Notes: generated by a model not told the origin, from the letters alone. A stretch of DNA of 64,000 bases from Octopus sinensis (GCF_006345805.1 NC_043002.1:10974001-11038000), one strand, 5' to 3'. Counted from the first letter of the stretch, positions 24,573 through 36,720 are shown. Translations and numbers: made by a program.

Positions 24573-24992
24573 GGATCTTTTCGGTTTGACCGACAGTTTT
24601 TTAAAATAATTTCCACGTAACTAAACACTTTTAAACTTTGTATACTAGTAGAATGTGTTTATAAAACATCTTTTTCTCTTGGCTTTATTGAGAAAATTCT
24701 ATGGTTTGTAAGATATTTGTTGTTTTTTTTTCTTCAATCTCTGCAATTTCAACCAATCAATGATGTCTATTGAGGTGAAAACATTCTGTGCCGTATGAAT
24801 ATGTTCCTCGTTTAAAAAACAGATTGGGTTTATTTACATTTCTGAAGAAAAAACAAGATATTCCTCCCCCCACCCCTAACCCTAACCCTAAAACAGATTG
24901 AAATGCAATAGATCGATACTAGGGTCATAATTATGGGTGACAATTTCATATGACACCGCTAGAAAAAACTGCCGTTCAAACCGAAAAGATCC
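24573..24992 (+). mobile_element. MITE with ~28-bp TIR (GGATCTTTTCGGTTTG..) and 8-bp TSD
   Basis: TSD aattaaag/aattaaac (7 of 8); inverted sister copy at 26501-26905. Confidence 0.88.
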
Positions 24993-24997
24993 AATTA

Positions 24998-25110
<113 letters not shown>

Positions 25111-25315
25111 TATTCTTATTAACAAGAAATATCGTTAACGCTAATGATGTATATTCTCGTTTCAGGCGTAAATTGAATTGATTAAAATTTTTTGGCTTAT
25201 TAGATAAGTTAATAAACAATTACTTTGACTTTCGACTTCCAGTACAGTTTGTCTAATTTTACCAACCGTTGAATAACGATCAAACCGAAGACTGAAGACC
25301 TATACAAGCACAAAT

Positions 25316-25992
25316 TCTTTTCTACTCTGGGCACAAGGCCCGAAATTTTGAGGGAGGAGGCCAGTCGATTAATAACTGGCACTTAATTTATCGACCACTC
25401 AAAGGATGAAAGATGAAGTCGACCTCGGTGGAATTTGAACTCAGAACGTAACGACAGACGAAATACTGCTAAGCATTTTGGCCGGCGTGCTAACGTTTCT
25501 GCCAGCTCACCGCCATAATACAAACACAAATTATATATCCTTTCTACTCTTGGCACAAGGCCCGAAATTTTGGGGGAGGGGGCCAGACGATTAGATCGAC
25601 TTCAGTACGCAAATGGTACTTAATTTATCGACCCCCGAAAGGATGAAAGGCGAAGTCGACCTCGGCGGAATTTGAACTCAGAACGTAACGACAGACGAAA
25701 TACTGCTAAGCATTTTGGCCAGCGTGCTAACGTTTCTGCCAGCTCGCCGCCATAATACAAACACAAATTATATATCTTTTCTACTCTAGGCACAAGGCCC
25801 GAAATTTTGGGCGAAGGGGCCAGTCGATTTGATCGACCCCAGTAGGCAACTGGCACTTAATTCATCGACCCCCGAAAGGAGGATGAAGGGCAAATTCGAC
25901 CTCGACGGAATTTGAACTCAGAAGGTAAAGACAGACGAAATACTGCTAACATTTCGGCCGGCGTGCTAACGCTTGTGCCAGCTGGCCGCCAT
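25316..25992 (-). mobile_element. Three stacked SINE family A copies with tail 2
   Basis: Units ~25316-25513, 25537-25750 and 25775-25992, each followed by a(t)acaaacacaaattatatat. Confidence 0.88.
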
Positions 25993-26500
25993 AGACGCAA
26001 ACACAAATTATATATGCATTAACGGTGTATGTAATCGTGAAGCTGCATGGTTTCGATCCCCAGACCGCCCGATTCATTGTGTTCTTGAGCAAAACACTTT
26101 ATTTTACGTTGATGCATTCCACTCAAATATAATCGTGCAATGGAAAGGGGTTTCGTTCAGGGACGGAATGTTGTGATCTCGGTCATATATACGCAATTCA
26201 ATTCGGGTAATCGGCCCTATGACTCCCTGGGACTTGAAGACTGTAATATCCAGTGGACATGCCTTACGTAACTGGGGTTTCTTATAATAAAAAGCAATTA
26301 GACTTAACTGTAAATATTTTAAAACATACAGCTTGCTTTACTTGAGGGGTAAAATCAATTGGTAACATGTGTGATGCTTTCTCTGACTGTCTTAGGGGAT
26401 TATTTAACTGCTAACAAACACAGATACCTCAGCCAACTCACCCTTCACCCACTGGAACAGCCAGGATGTGAAGACCACATGGTAATATAGAAGACTCCAT

Positions 26501-26905
26501 GGATCTTTTCGGTTTGAACGGCAGTTTTTTCTAGCGGTGTCATATGAAATTGTCACCCATAATTATGACCCTAGTATTGATCTATTACATTTAATTCTGT
26601 TTTAGGGTTAGGGGTGGGGGAAGGGTATCTTTTTTCTTCAGAAATGTAAATAAACCCAATCTGTTTCTTAAACGAGTGACATATTCATATGGCACAGAAT
26701 GTTTTCACCTCAACAGACGTCATTGATTGGTTGAAATTGCAGAAATTGAAGAAAAAAACGACAAATATCTTACAAACTATAGAATTTTCTCAATAAAGCC
26801 AAGAGAAAAAGATGTTTTATAAACACATTCTACCAGTATAAGTTTAAAAGTGTTTAGTTACATGGAAATTATTTTAAAAAACTCCCGTTCAAACCGAAAA
26901 GATCC
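26501..26905 (-). mobile_element. MITE, same family as 24573-24992
   Basis: TIR ggatcttttcggtttgaacgg; perfect 8-bp TSD gactccat (26493-26500 / 26906-26913). Confidence 0.92.
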
Positions 26906-27947
26906 GACTCCATCAGCACCCGGTTGGTACTCGTTGCAGCTAGGCGAACTGAAGCAACATGTTCATTAACACAACCTGCCACCCGGTCTCTTAATTAAAC
27001 TGGTAACCTTATGATCATAACTATATTTTTTCTAATAATTATTCGTTAAACTAGATTCTGTACTCTTACTGCTTGGTGAGGCAACTTCACAATTATGAAT
27101 TTACCATAATTTCATTTCACCTACAATTCTTATTCGCATCAGAAAGACATGAATGTCACAACTTTTTACATTTTTCATCTCTCAGAAATATGATAGCTTG
27201 CATCTAGTTGAAAAGAAAATAAGAATATTGTATGGAATATTAGTTTGTAGATTTGAGGATGTGATGAGATTGCAAATAAATTGAAAAACTTGACGCTTGT
27301 GGAATTAGAGGAAGGTGATAAACGTGATGGAAGATAAGTTATATTTCTTACTTTCTATATTATGAAAAAAAAAATCACAATTTGAGAACGATTTCTGCTT
27401 CTAGAAAACATTAGAGTTCGAAATATCTAGCACCATATTATCTTTAAGATGTTATTAAGAGATAAGGAAAGGATATGCTTGCCAGAAATAGTTGTCAATG
27501 AAAAATCTATCGAATTTCAAATTAACTTCTTTAGTTATGTATAAAGCTTCAAGATTATATTTTTTCCTTTTTTTATGAACTTTTGAAGAGATTCTCAAAA
27601 TTTCGTCTTTTTCTAACTTATAATTGCACATTGATTTAGAACGATACAATATGATAGAGCTGTTATCAACAACTTTATTCTTATAATATCTTATCAAGAA
27701 TATGATTCATTTTTTTTTCAATTAGCAAGCGCATCAGCCTACTTTTATTAGATGAATAAGACAAGGTCAGCATTTCGTAAAAATACTTAATTCTGATTTG
27801 TGCACATGCAGCTTTTGCAGTCAGCAATTCAGATTTTGTTATTTACTGATTTCACTTCAAGTTTAAGTTATAGGGACGTTTCTGCTACGCGCATAAAACG
27901 ACAAATAGCTGCCCAGAAATGGTTCATATATTGCTAAACGTTACATA

Positions 27948-28182
27948 TTTATTTCTTTAATGCCCACAGGGGACTAAACATAGAGGAGACAAACAAGGAG
28001 AGACAAACGGATTAAGTCGATTACATCGACCCCAGTGCGTAACTGGTACTTTATTTATCGACCCCGAAAGGATGAAAGGCAAAGTCGTCCTCGACGAAAT
28101 TTGAACTCAGAACGTAACGATAGACGAAATACCGCTAAGCATTTCGCCCGGCGCGCTAACGTTTCTGCCAGCTCGCCGCCTT
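27948..28182 (-). mobile_element. SINE family A with long flanking duplication
   Basis: agaaatggttcatatattgctaaac at 27915-27939 and 28183-28207. Confidence 0.9.
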
Positions 28183-28249
28183 AGAAATGGTTCATATATT
28201 GCTAAACTTCACATATTGTTAATCAAGCTGACAGAACCTCTAGTCAGAC

Positions 28250-28500
28250 AAAACGCTTAACGTATTTCCCCAGTCTTTACGTTCTGAGTTCAAATTCCGC
28301 CGAGGTCGACTTCGCCTTTTATCCTTTCGGGGTCGATAAATTAAGTACCAGTGGCGTACTGAGGTCGATCTTATCGACTGGCCTCCTCCCCAAAAAATTT
28401 CGGGACTTGTGCCTAAAGTAGAAATTTTTTTACGTTCTGAACTTGAGTCAGCCGAGGTCGGCCTTGCCTTGCATCCTTTTGGAATGGATCAAAATAAGTG
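28250..28500 (+). mobile_element. SINE family A fragments (tail 2)
   Basis: Core plus gactggcctcctccccaaaaaatttcggg tail, then a decayed core. Confidence 0.75.
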
Positions 28501-28794
28501 CGACATCGAATTCTTTTTCCGCCTAAATAACTGCTGGATTTGTATAATATAACTATTATACAAACATATTCCTAATCATGTTCACCATGAGCTGAAAATG
28601 CATACTAACATCTGCTACACTCGTGGTCAGCCTATGGACTGTCGAAGGATCGTAGATTATTCGAGAACATTCGTTTCCATGAAATCGTGGTGCAAAGATA
28701 TCACGCGAGTTGGGTGCTAATTCATTTGGACACAATCTTCCAGCTTCGACCAAAATGTGAAATTGATCTTGTCTCACACAAACAGTATATTGGT

Positions 28795-29003
28795 TTCAAA
28801 TTTTGGCACAAGGCCAGCAGTTGCGAGGTCAGTGGGTACTTCGATTACATCGAATCCCAGTGTTCTATTGGTACTTATTTTATCGATCTCGAAAGGATGA
28901 ACGGTAAAGTCGACCTCGGCGGATTTTGAACTCAGAACTTAAACACGGACGAAATGCCGCTAAGCGCTTTGTTCAGCACGCTAACGATTCTGCCAGCTCA
29001 GAA
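28795..29003 (-). mobile_element. SINE family A, diverged
   Basis: Core and head recognisable. Confidence 0.75.
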
Positions 29004-29250
29004 CCTTAAACAAGAAATATATTAACACTCCTACATCACTCGAATATATATTGTTTCAAACTATGGCACAAAATTTACCAACACCAGAGGGATGAAGGGC
29101 AAACAGATACCGGCAAAAATTGAATTCAAATCGTTAACCCCCGGCAGTTGTACTGTTAAATATTGCTTGTGTTACAGTTCTATATTTAAGAGATGAGGAA
29201 TTATGTACATTACTTACATTTGTCGGATATTTGTCCTCATCTTATTTGTT

Positions 29251-29299
29251 GTTAACACAAGGTTTCGGCTGATATACCTTCCAGCCTTCATCAGGTGTC
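29251..29299 (-). ncRNA. Minimal type-I hammerhead (left arm; stem III palindrome mutated)
   Basis: gacac-CUGAUGA-a-ggctg..cagcc-GAAA-CCUU-gtgtt. Confidence 0.7.
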
Positions 29300-29354
29300 C
29301 TGGGGAAATTTCGAACCTGGGTTCTCATTTCTATGGTATTTTTCGATGTTGTTG

Positions 29355-29396
<42 letters not shown>

Positions 29397-29624
29397 CCAC
29401 TGCCTGGAATCGAATTCGGAATCTTGGGGTTAGTAGCCCGCACTCTTAACCACTACGCCCATGGGCATATGGCGTAGTGGTTAAGAGCGCGGACTACTAA
29501 CTTCAAGATTCCCAGTTCGATTTCAAGCAGTGACCTAAATAATAATGATAATAATAATAATAATAATAACAACAACATCGAAAATTACCATAGATATGAG
29601 AACCCAGGTTCGAAATTTCCCCAA

Positions 29625-29670
29625 GACACCTGATGAAGGCTGGAGGGTATATCAGCCGAAACGTTGTGTT
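29625..29670 (+). ncRNA. Minimal type-I hammerhead ribozyme (right arm, intact)
   Basis: Stem I gacac/gtgtt; core CUGAUGA 29630-29636; stem II ggctg/cagcc; GAAA 29658-29661; palindromic AACGUU; predicted cleavage after GUU (29665). Confidence 0.85.
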
Positions 29671-29961
29671 AACAACAAACATGATGAGGACAAATATCCG
29701 TCAAATGTAAATAATTGCTTGTGTTGTTCTAATTTAACCAGGACAGCTCTCACCGAATAGACTTATGATCAGAAACATTCCAGCCAAAACTCTTTTACTT
29801 TTTTCAGGCGCAGAACATCTAAGAGAACATTATTTAATGAATTCTTCAATATTATTTTGGTGGAGAATAACGTGTGTGATATTTGGTTGCTGCAATTTCT
29901 GGTTGATCTAAAAGCCACATAGTGTCTTATCAAATTATTATATAGCTTGTGTTGAGATATC

Positions 29962-30360
29962 GGCGGCGAGCTGGCAGACACGTTAGCGCACCAGGCGAAA
30001 TGCTTAGCGGTATTTCTGAGTTCAAATTCCGCCGGGGTCGACTTTGCCTTTCATCCTTTCGGGGTTGATAAATAAAGTACCATTTTCGCACTGGGGTCGA
30101 TGTAATCGACTTAATCCGTTTGTCTGTCCTTGTTTGTCCCCTCTATGTTTAGCCCCTTCTGGGTAATAAAGAAACATATATTTTGTTTGTGTTTACGTTC
30201 TGAGTTCAAATTCCGCCGAGGTCAACTTTGCCTTTCATACTTTCGGGGTCGATAAATAAAGTACCAGTTTCGCACTGGGGTCGATGTAATCGACTTAATC
30301 ACTTTGTCTGTCCTTGTTTGTCCCCTCTGTGTTTAGCCCCTTGTGGGCAATAAAGAAATA
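29962..30360 (+). mobile_element. SINE family A dimer
   Basis: Headed unit plus headless unit, flanked by tata(g/a)cttgtgttgaga (29941-29956 / 30361-30376). Confidence 0.88.
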
Positions 30361-30934
30361 TATAACTTGTGTTGAGAGAGGAGGCGTAAAGCGAAATGTT
30401 ACACCGCCCAACTGAATGTCTTGCAGTGTTTAATCACATCTCTCAATGTTCTGGATTTAAATACTAAAGAGATCTACTTCGTTTTTTTTTGTTTCGTATT
30501 TTTTTACCCTTAAAGATCAAATAAAGAAATACCTACAAACAGATTCCATAAAAACAATCACACCTTTCAACTAAAATGTGTAGCCCTGTGCTGAAGTTTT
30601 TAAAACATCATGTCAAAGCTTGAATGTAGATTATTTTCAATCTTTAGGCAGCGATTACTCATCGTTTTAGAAACAGAAACCATTTTTTTTTTATTCTTAC
30701 AACCAGTAAGCAATTATAAAAAAAAAAAGTATATTCAATCGACAAAAAAGAATTTCTAAAAAACTTTAACACGATCAGCTTCTCCAATTTTTATTAGGTA
30801 TTTACGCCCTGTGTCAGAGGTGTGAGCGAATCATTGCATTGTAATGTTGCTTGCTGGTGGATAAATCAACTGGTTTTTCATTCGTCACGTTTTACAGCCT
30901 ATTCAGGAAACGCAATCGTCTATTAATGATATAG

Positions 30935-31740
30935 ATTCTTTTCTACTCTATGCACAAGGTCCTGAATTTGGGGGCATAGGGCCAGTGGATTAGATCAACC
31001 CTAGTACGCAAATGGTACGAAGATGAAAGCAAAGTCGACCTCGGCGAAATTTGAACACAGAACATAAAGACAGACGAAATACCTATTTCTTTACTACCCA
31101 CAAGGGGGCTAAACATAGAGAGGACAAACAAGGACAGACAAACGGATTAAGTCGATTATACGACTCCAGTGCGTAACTGGTACTTATTTAATCGGCTCCG
31201 AAAGGATGAAAGGCAAAGTCAACCTCGGCGGAATTTGAACTCAGAACATAAAGACAGACGGACTACCATTGAGTATTTCGCCTGGCGTGCTAACAGTTCT
31301 GCCAGCTCGCCGCCTTTTTAATATTATAATTTATTACGAGACTTTCTTCTTAAAATGTATTTCTTTACTACCCACAGGGGGCTAAACATAGAGGAGACAA
31401 ACAAGGACAGACAAACGGATTAAGTCGGCAACATCGACCGCAGTGCGTAACTGGTACTTATTTAATCAACCCCGAAAGGATGAAAGGCAAAGTCGACCTC
31501 GGCGAAATTTGAACTCAGAACGTAACGGCAGATGAAATACCCTATTTCTTTACTACCCACAAGGGGCTAAACACAGAGAGGACAAACAAGGACAGACAAA
31601 CGGATTATGTCGATTTAATCGACCCCGAAAGGATGAAAGGCAAAGTCGACCTCGGCGGAATTTGAACTCAAAACGTAACGGCAGACGAAAACCCGCTTAA
31701 CATTTCACCCGGCGTGCTAGCGTTTCTGCTAGCTCGCCAC
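30935..31740 (-). mobile_element. Cluster of SINE family A units (multimers)
   Basis: Junction gacgaaatacc|tatttctttactaccc at ~31083 and ~31543; heads end at ~31313 and ~31740. Confidence 0.85.
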
Positions 31741-32171
31741 CTTATTAATAACGAAGAGTAATTAAAATGCGGGGCTTTGTTCTTAATATTAGAAACTACA
31801 AAATGTAGAAACTGGCAACTCCTTAACATTGTCGCATGTGATGCTGGAATTGCTTTGCAATGTATTAACATAGTGTTAATGTGTAGCGAAGTGAAATCTT
31901 TTTCAATGGTTGCTTACCTAGCGTTATCTTTGCTATTTATATCTTTGTTTCAATTTTCAGACTTCAGCACCTTCTTTGTTGTATATTTGTCGTTGTCGTT
32001 GTCATCTTGGCTTATTGTTGTTGCTGTTGTTTTTATCAATATTCTAACGTGAAATTCTATTTTTTTTCTTATCAAAATGTGCTTCACGCTGTGCCTTCGG
32101 AGCCGTACAGTTAAAAACATCATGAGAAGGAATAATAAATGGTTTTAAAATAAATAACGTTGCGTGCTTTT

Positions 32172-32204
<33 letters not shown>

Positions 32205-32949
32205 AAGAGGACGGGAGAAAGAGAAACAGATAGAAGGCGAAAGAGAGAGGGAGGAATGTTTATCGATTTTTGGTGTATGTGAAGTTTAAATGAGACACTA
32301 ACTGGAAAATAAATAACATTGCTACGTTAGAAGAAACTGTAAGTGCAATGAAAATATCTTCTGTTTGAAGTTTTCTGATGGAACAAATCTAGCAAACGCT
32401 AAGTTAATAAGAAATTAATATCGACAGAAGAGAGGAGCTAGCTGTATTTCTATTCCAGGTATTATCTATGGAAAACAACAAAATTCGCTGAAGATTTCGT
32501 ATTGGAATTTAATGCAGATTTTCACTATTTTTCTACCTTTGGGTAATATACGATTATTGCATTGTAAAAATAAAATTAAGCACTTTTCATTTCGCTTTCT
32601 TGCTACTTCTGTACCTTGGAGCCGTTATGAAACCTTTGTATTCCTTGATTTCTTAAACTTTGGCCTAAGAAAACAAGAAAAACGAACATTAAACTTCATA
32701 AATCTCCACCATAATGTACTGATTATTTACTCAGAGTTATGTTGCTGTTTTCGTTTATCTTTTCGTAATAATGAAGTAGAACTATGATCAAAAGTGTTTC
32801 TACCATGAACGTCATGACTCTTTTCAGAAACGGTCCATTAAAACATATATGCTGTTGCCTCAATGGTCTTGTGGGTAAAGACATGGACACAGTAACACAC
32901 AAACCTCTTTAACAAAGGTTCAATCTTGGCCTAGGTATTCAGTGTTTTA

Positions 32950-33135
32950 GACTGGGCCTCTTCCAGTCGAGAGTCCCAGATGAACCTACCTCACGGCAAG
33001 AGGTGCAATGAGGGTAACTATATCAAACTCCATTCTTCACCAAGTGCCACATATTAGAGGGGACTCTTAGTAATAATAGTGTAGCACAAAACGGCGGTGC
33101 ATCAGCATGGCCACAGCTCTGAGCTGAAACTAAAA
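32950..33135 (+). mobile_element. 3' end of the same CR1/L2-like LINE as 2605-3477
   Basis: SRVPDEPTSRQEVQ plus tail ggcggtgcatcagcatggccacagctctgagctgaaact(a)n. Confidence 0.8.
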
Positions 33136-33936
33136 AAAAAGTGCGGATACAATTATATTTAAAACGTTCGTGTACACTGAAATGTGGAAGACCGTCGCCG
33201 TAGAAGTTACCTCGGAAGAGCAGCTTTCCTTATATACAATGTGTGTGAAAAACACACCACTAGTCTATGAAGGACGTCATCGAATACGTGTTTCTGTGTC
33301 GTTACCCTTCATCAGCTGCGGGCACCAAAGTCGTCGTTCGTAGCCTATTAAAAACTGTCGCTCTTAAATAGTAAATTTACTAAGCCCGAATTAATTAACT
33401 AAAGGTACACATAGCAGCTTTGTTTAAAATATTTGGGTGTAGTTACACTTAATGCGTCTATATACACTAAAACTTGGAAAGACCTTTGCTGCGCCTCGAG
33501 AGAGAAATTTTCTTCATAGACACCGTATGTCCGTTAAGGCATTATCCAATTCTCTTTTACTACTTTGAAGTAATAACATTATTTAAGAGAGATTATTAAC
33601 ACTTCAGACCTTTTAGTGACTTTTGATCCATTCTGTACATGGGGGCGGAACTGGATGGTGATGAACTAAACAAAGAATATTGACAGCAAGATGCTGCAAG
33701 ATGTTTAGTGTAAACTTTTAAAGAAACAAGTGAAGAGAAACAAGTGAAGAAAACAGGAAGGAAGAGAAAGTCAAGGGAGAAAAGAAAGACAAGGAAAAGG
33801 TTTGTCAAGTGATAAATTTCTTAAAGCGATAACTATAAAAAGGGCAAGGTGTTAATCTATGTCAGCTGTTGTCATGACAACAAACAATGGTGTAAAGAGA
33901 AAAATATTTATCAATGACGTAGGTATAATTGTGTGA

Positions 33937-35673
33937 TTAACCCTTTCGTTACGAAGCCGGCTTAAACCGGCTCTGGTTCTGTAGTACAAATGTCTTGTGT
34001 TCATAAGTTCTGAATTAAAATCTTCCACCAAACCTTAGTCACAATTTATCTTCCTAACACTAGCTGAATGATAACTAAGTTATTTTACTAAATTCTTTGT
34101 TATATTTAAAATTAATTGAAAGAAACACATAGCATCCAAAAGAAATATGGTAACGAAAGGGTTAAAATATATAATAGAGAAACAATTCTTAACCCTTTTG
34201 ATACCAACCTGGCTGAAACCGGCTCTGGCTCTGTAATACAAATGCCTTGTTTTCATAAAGTCTTGAATTAAAATCTTCCACCAAACCTTAGTCACAATTT
34301 ATCTTCCTAACACTAGCTTAATGACAACTAAGTTATTTTACTAAATTCTTTGTTATATTTAAAATTAATTGAAAGAAATACAGAGCATCTCAACAGAAAT
34401 ATGGTAACAAAAGGGTTAAAATATATATAGAGAAACAAGTCTTAACCCTTTTGATACCAACCTGGCTGAAACCACCTCTGGCTCTGTAATACAAATGCCT
34501 TGTTTTCATAAGTCTTGAATTAAAATACTCCACCAAACCTTAGTCACAATTTATGTTCCTAACACTAGCTTAATGACAACTAAGTTATTTTACTAAATTC
34601 TTTGTTATATTTAAAATTAATTGAAAGAAACACATAGCATCTCAAAAGAAATATGGTAACAAAAGGGTTAAAATATATAATAGAGAAGCAATTCTTAACC
34701 CTTTTGATACCAACCTGGCTGAAACCGGCTCTGGCTCTGTAATACAAATGCCTTGTTTTCATAAAGTCTTGAATTAAAATCTTCCACCAAACCTTAGTCA
34801 CAATTTATCTTCCTAACACTAGCTTAATGACAACTAAGTTATTTTACTAAATTCTTTGTTATATTTAAAATTAATTGAAAGAAATACAGAGCATCTCAAC
34901 AGAAATATGGTAACAAAAGGGTTAAAATATATAATAGAGAAACAAGTCTTAACCCTTTTGATACCAACCTGGCTGAAACCACCTCTGGCTCTGTAATACA
35001 AATGCCTTGTTTTCATAAGTCTTGAATTAAAATACTCCACCAAACCTTAGTCACAATTTATGTTCCTAACACTAGCTTAATGACAACTAAGTTATTTTAC
35101 TAAATTCTTTGTTATATTTAAAATTAATTGAAAGAAACACAGAGCATCTCAACAGAAATATGGTAACAAAAGGGTTAAAATATATAATAGAGAAACAATT
35201 CTTAACCCTTTTGATACCAACCTGGCTGAAACCACCTCTGGCTCTGTAATACAAATGCCTTGTTTTCATAAGTCTTGAATTAAAATACTCCACCAAACCT
35301 TAGTCACAATTTATGTTCCTAACACTAGCTTAATGACAACTAAGTTATTTTACTAAATTCTTTGTTATATTTAAAAATGATTGAAAGAAAAACAGAGCGT
35401 TTCAACAGAAATATTGTTACAAAAGGGTTTTAAAAATGATTAATTTAACTCTCTTGATACCAACCTGGCTGAAACCCGCTCTGGCTCTGAGTACAAATGT
35501 CTTGTTGTCATAAGTTTTGAATTAAAATCTTCCATCAAACCTAAGTCACAAATTATGTTCCTAACACTAGCTGAATGATAACTAAGTTATTTTACTAAAT
35601 TCTTTGTTATATTTAAAATTAATGGAAAGAAATATAGAACAACTCAAAATAAATACAGTAACGAAAAGGTTAA
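33937..35673. mobile_element. Tandem array of 7 piggyBac-like MITEs separated by a short spacer
   Basis: Units TTAA-ccctt(t/c)..aaaggg-TTAA start at 33941, 34193, 34446, 34699, 34953, 35206 and 35449; period 252-254 bp for units 1-6. Confidence 0.92.
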
Positions 35674-35679
35674 GTGACC

Positions 35680-35915
35680 TGCTTTGCAGCAACGTGGTTT
35701 CGATTTCGGTCCTACCCTGCGGCACTTTGGGCAAATATCTTCCACCATAACCCCGAGCCGACCAATGCTTTGTGAGTCCATTTGGTAGACGAAAACTCCC
35801 GTTGTGAGTGTTTATGTTTGTCCCACAACGCCACTTGACAACCGGTATTAGTTTCTTTACATCGAAAATAACTTAGCGATTCAGCAGTTAGACTGACAGG
35901 ATAAGTACCGACTCA
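35680..35915 (+). mobile_element. Decayed SINE family C
   Basis: ggcactttgggcaaatatcttcc..tttggtagacgaaaactcccg..cttgacaaccgg. Confidence 0.6.
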
Positions 35916-36120
35916 ATATTCTTTTCTACTCTAGGCACAAGGCCTGAAATGTTGGGGTAGGGGACCAATCGATTAGATAGACCCCAGTACATACAACTGG
36001 TACTTAATTTATCGACCCTGGAAGGATGAAAGGCAAAGTCGATCTCGACGGAATCTGAACTCAGAACATAAAGACAGACGAAATACCGCTAAGCATTTCG
36101 CCCGGCGTGCTAACGTCTCT
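35915..36120 (-). mobile_element. SINE family A (tail 2), head truncated
   Basis: Tail 2, core and partial head. Confidence 0.85.
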
Positions 36121-36167
36121 TAATTCTTTATTGCCTACAAGGGGCTAAGCATAGAAGGGACGAACAA

Positions 36168-36405
36168 GATGGAAGATTTTAATTCAGAACTTATGAAAAC
36201 AAGACATTTGTACTCAGAGCCAGAGCGGGTTTCAGCCAGGTTGATATCAAAAGGGTTAAATTAATCATTTTTTAAACCCTTTTGTAACAATATTTCTGTT
36301 GAAACGCTCTGTGTTTCTTTCAATTAATTTTAAATATAACAAAGAATTTAGTAAAATAACTTAGTTGTCATTAAGCTAGATTTAGGAAGATAAATTGTGA
36401 CTAAG
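36168..36405 (-). repeat. Inverted copy of the MITE-array unit 6/7 junction
   Basis: Carries the variant spacer taatcattttttaaa otherwise seen only between units 6 and 7. Confidence 0.85.
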
Positions 36406-36720
36406 TTGACCCCGAAAGGATGAAAGGCAAAGTCGACCCCAGCGGAATCTGAACTCAGAACGTAGCGGCAGACGAAATACCTATTTCTATTTCTTTACTA
36501 CCCACAAGGGGCTAAACACAGAGAGGACAAACAAGGACAGACAAACGGGTTAAGTCGATTATATCGACCCCAGTGCGTGACTGGTACTTAATTTATCGAC
36601 CCCGAAAGGATGAAAGGCAAAGTCGACCTCGGTGGAATTTGAACTCAGAACGTAGCGGCAGACGAAATACCGCTAAGTATTTCGCCCGGCGTGCTAACGT
36701 TTCTGCCAGCTCGCCGCCTT
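36405..36720 (-). mobile_element. SINE family A, full unit plus partial second unit
   Basis: Junction gacgaaatacc|tatttct at ~36481; head ends at 36719. Confidence 0.88.

Larger units (their letters stand above)
29174..29713. mobile_element. Head-to-head palindromic dimer of a tRNA-headed, hammerhead-bearing SINE-like element
   Basis: Inverted arms meet at gcccatgggc (~29457-29466); A-box TGGCGTAGTGG 29470-29480, B-box GTTCGA 29515; (AAT)n; hammerhead; 12-bp TSD attgcttgtgtt (29162-29173 / 29714-29725). Confidence 0.9.

Noticed and set aside
24874-24891. (CCCTAA)3 telomere-like repeat
   Set aside because: Lies inside the MITE and is also present, shorter, in the sister copy; not a telomere or healing site.
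28556-28929. Possible host exon (ORFs of 73-80 aa in unique-looking sequence)
   Set aside because: No recognisable domain and no convincing splice context.
29462-29540. tRNA gene
   Set aside because: A/B boxes are present, but the acceptor and anticodon arms are not tRNA-quality and it runs into a repeat body; this is a SINE head. The same applies to all other heads.
33937-35673. Repeat-spacer array resembling CRISPR
   Set aside because: Units are 230-bp TTAA-flanked MITEs and the spacers are copies of one another.
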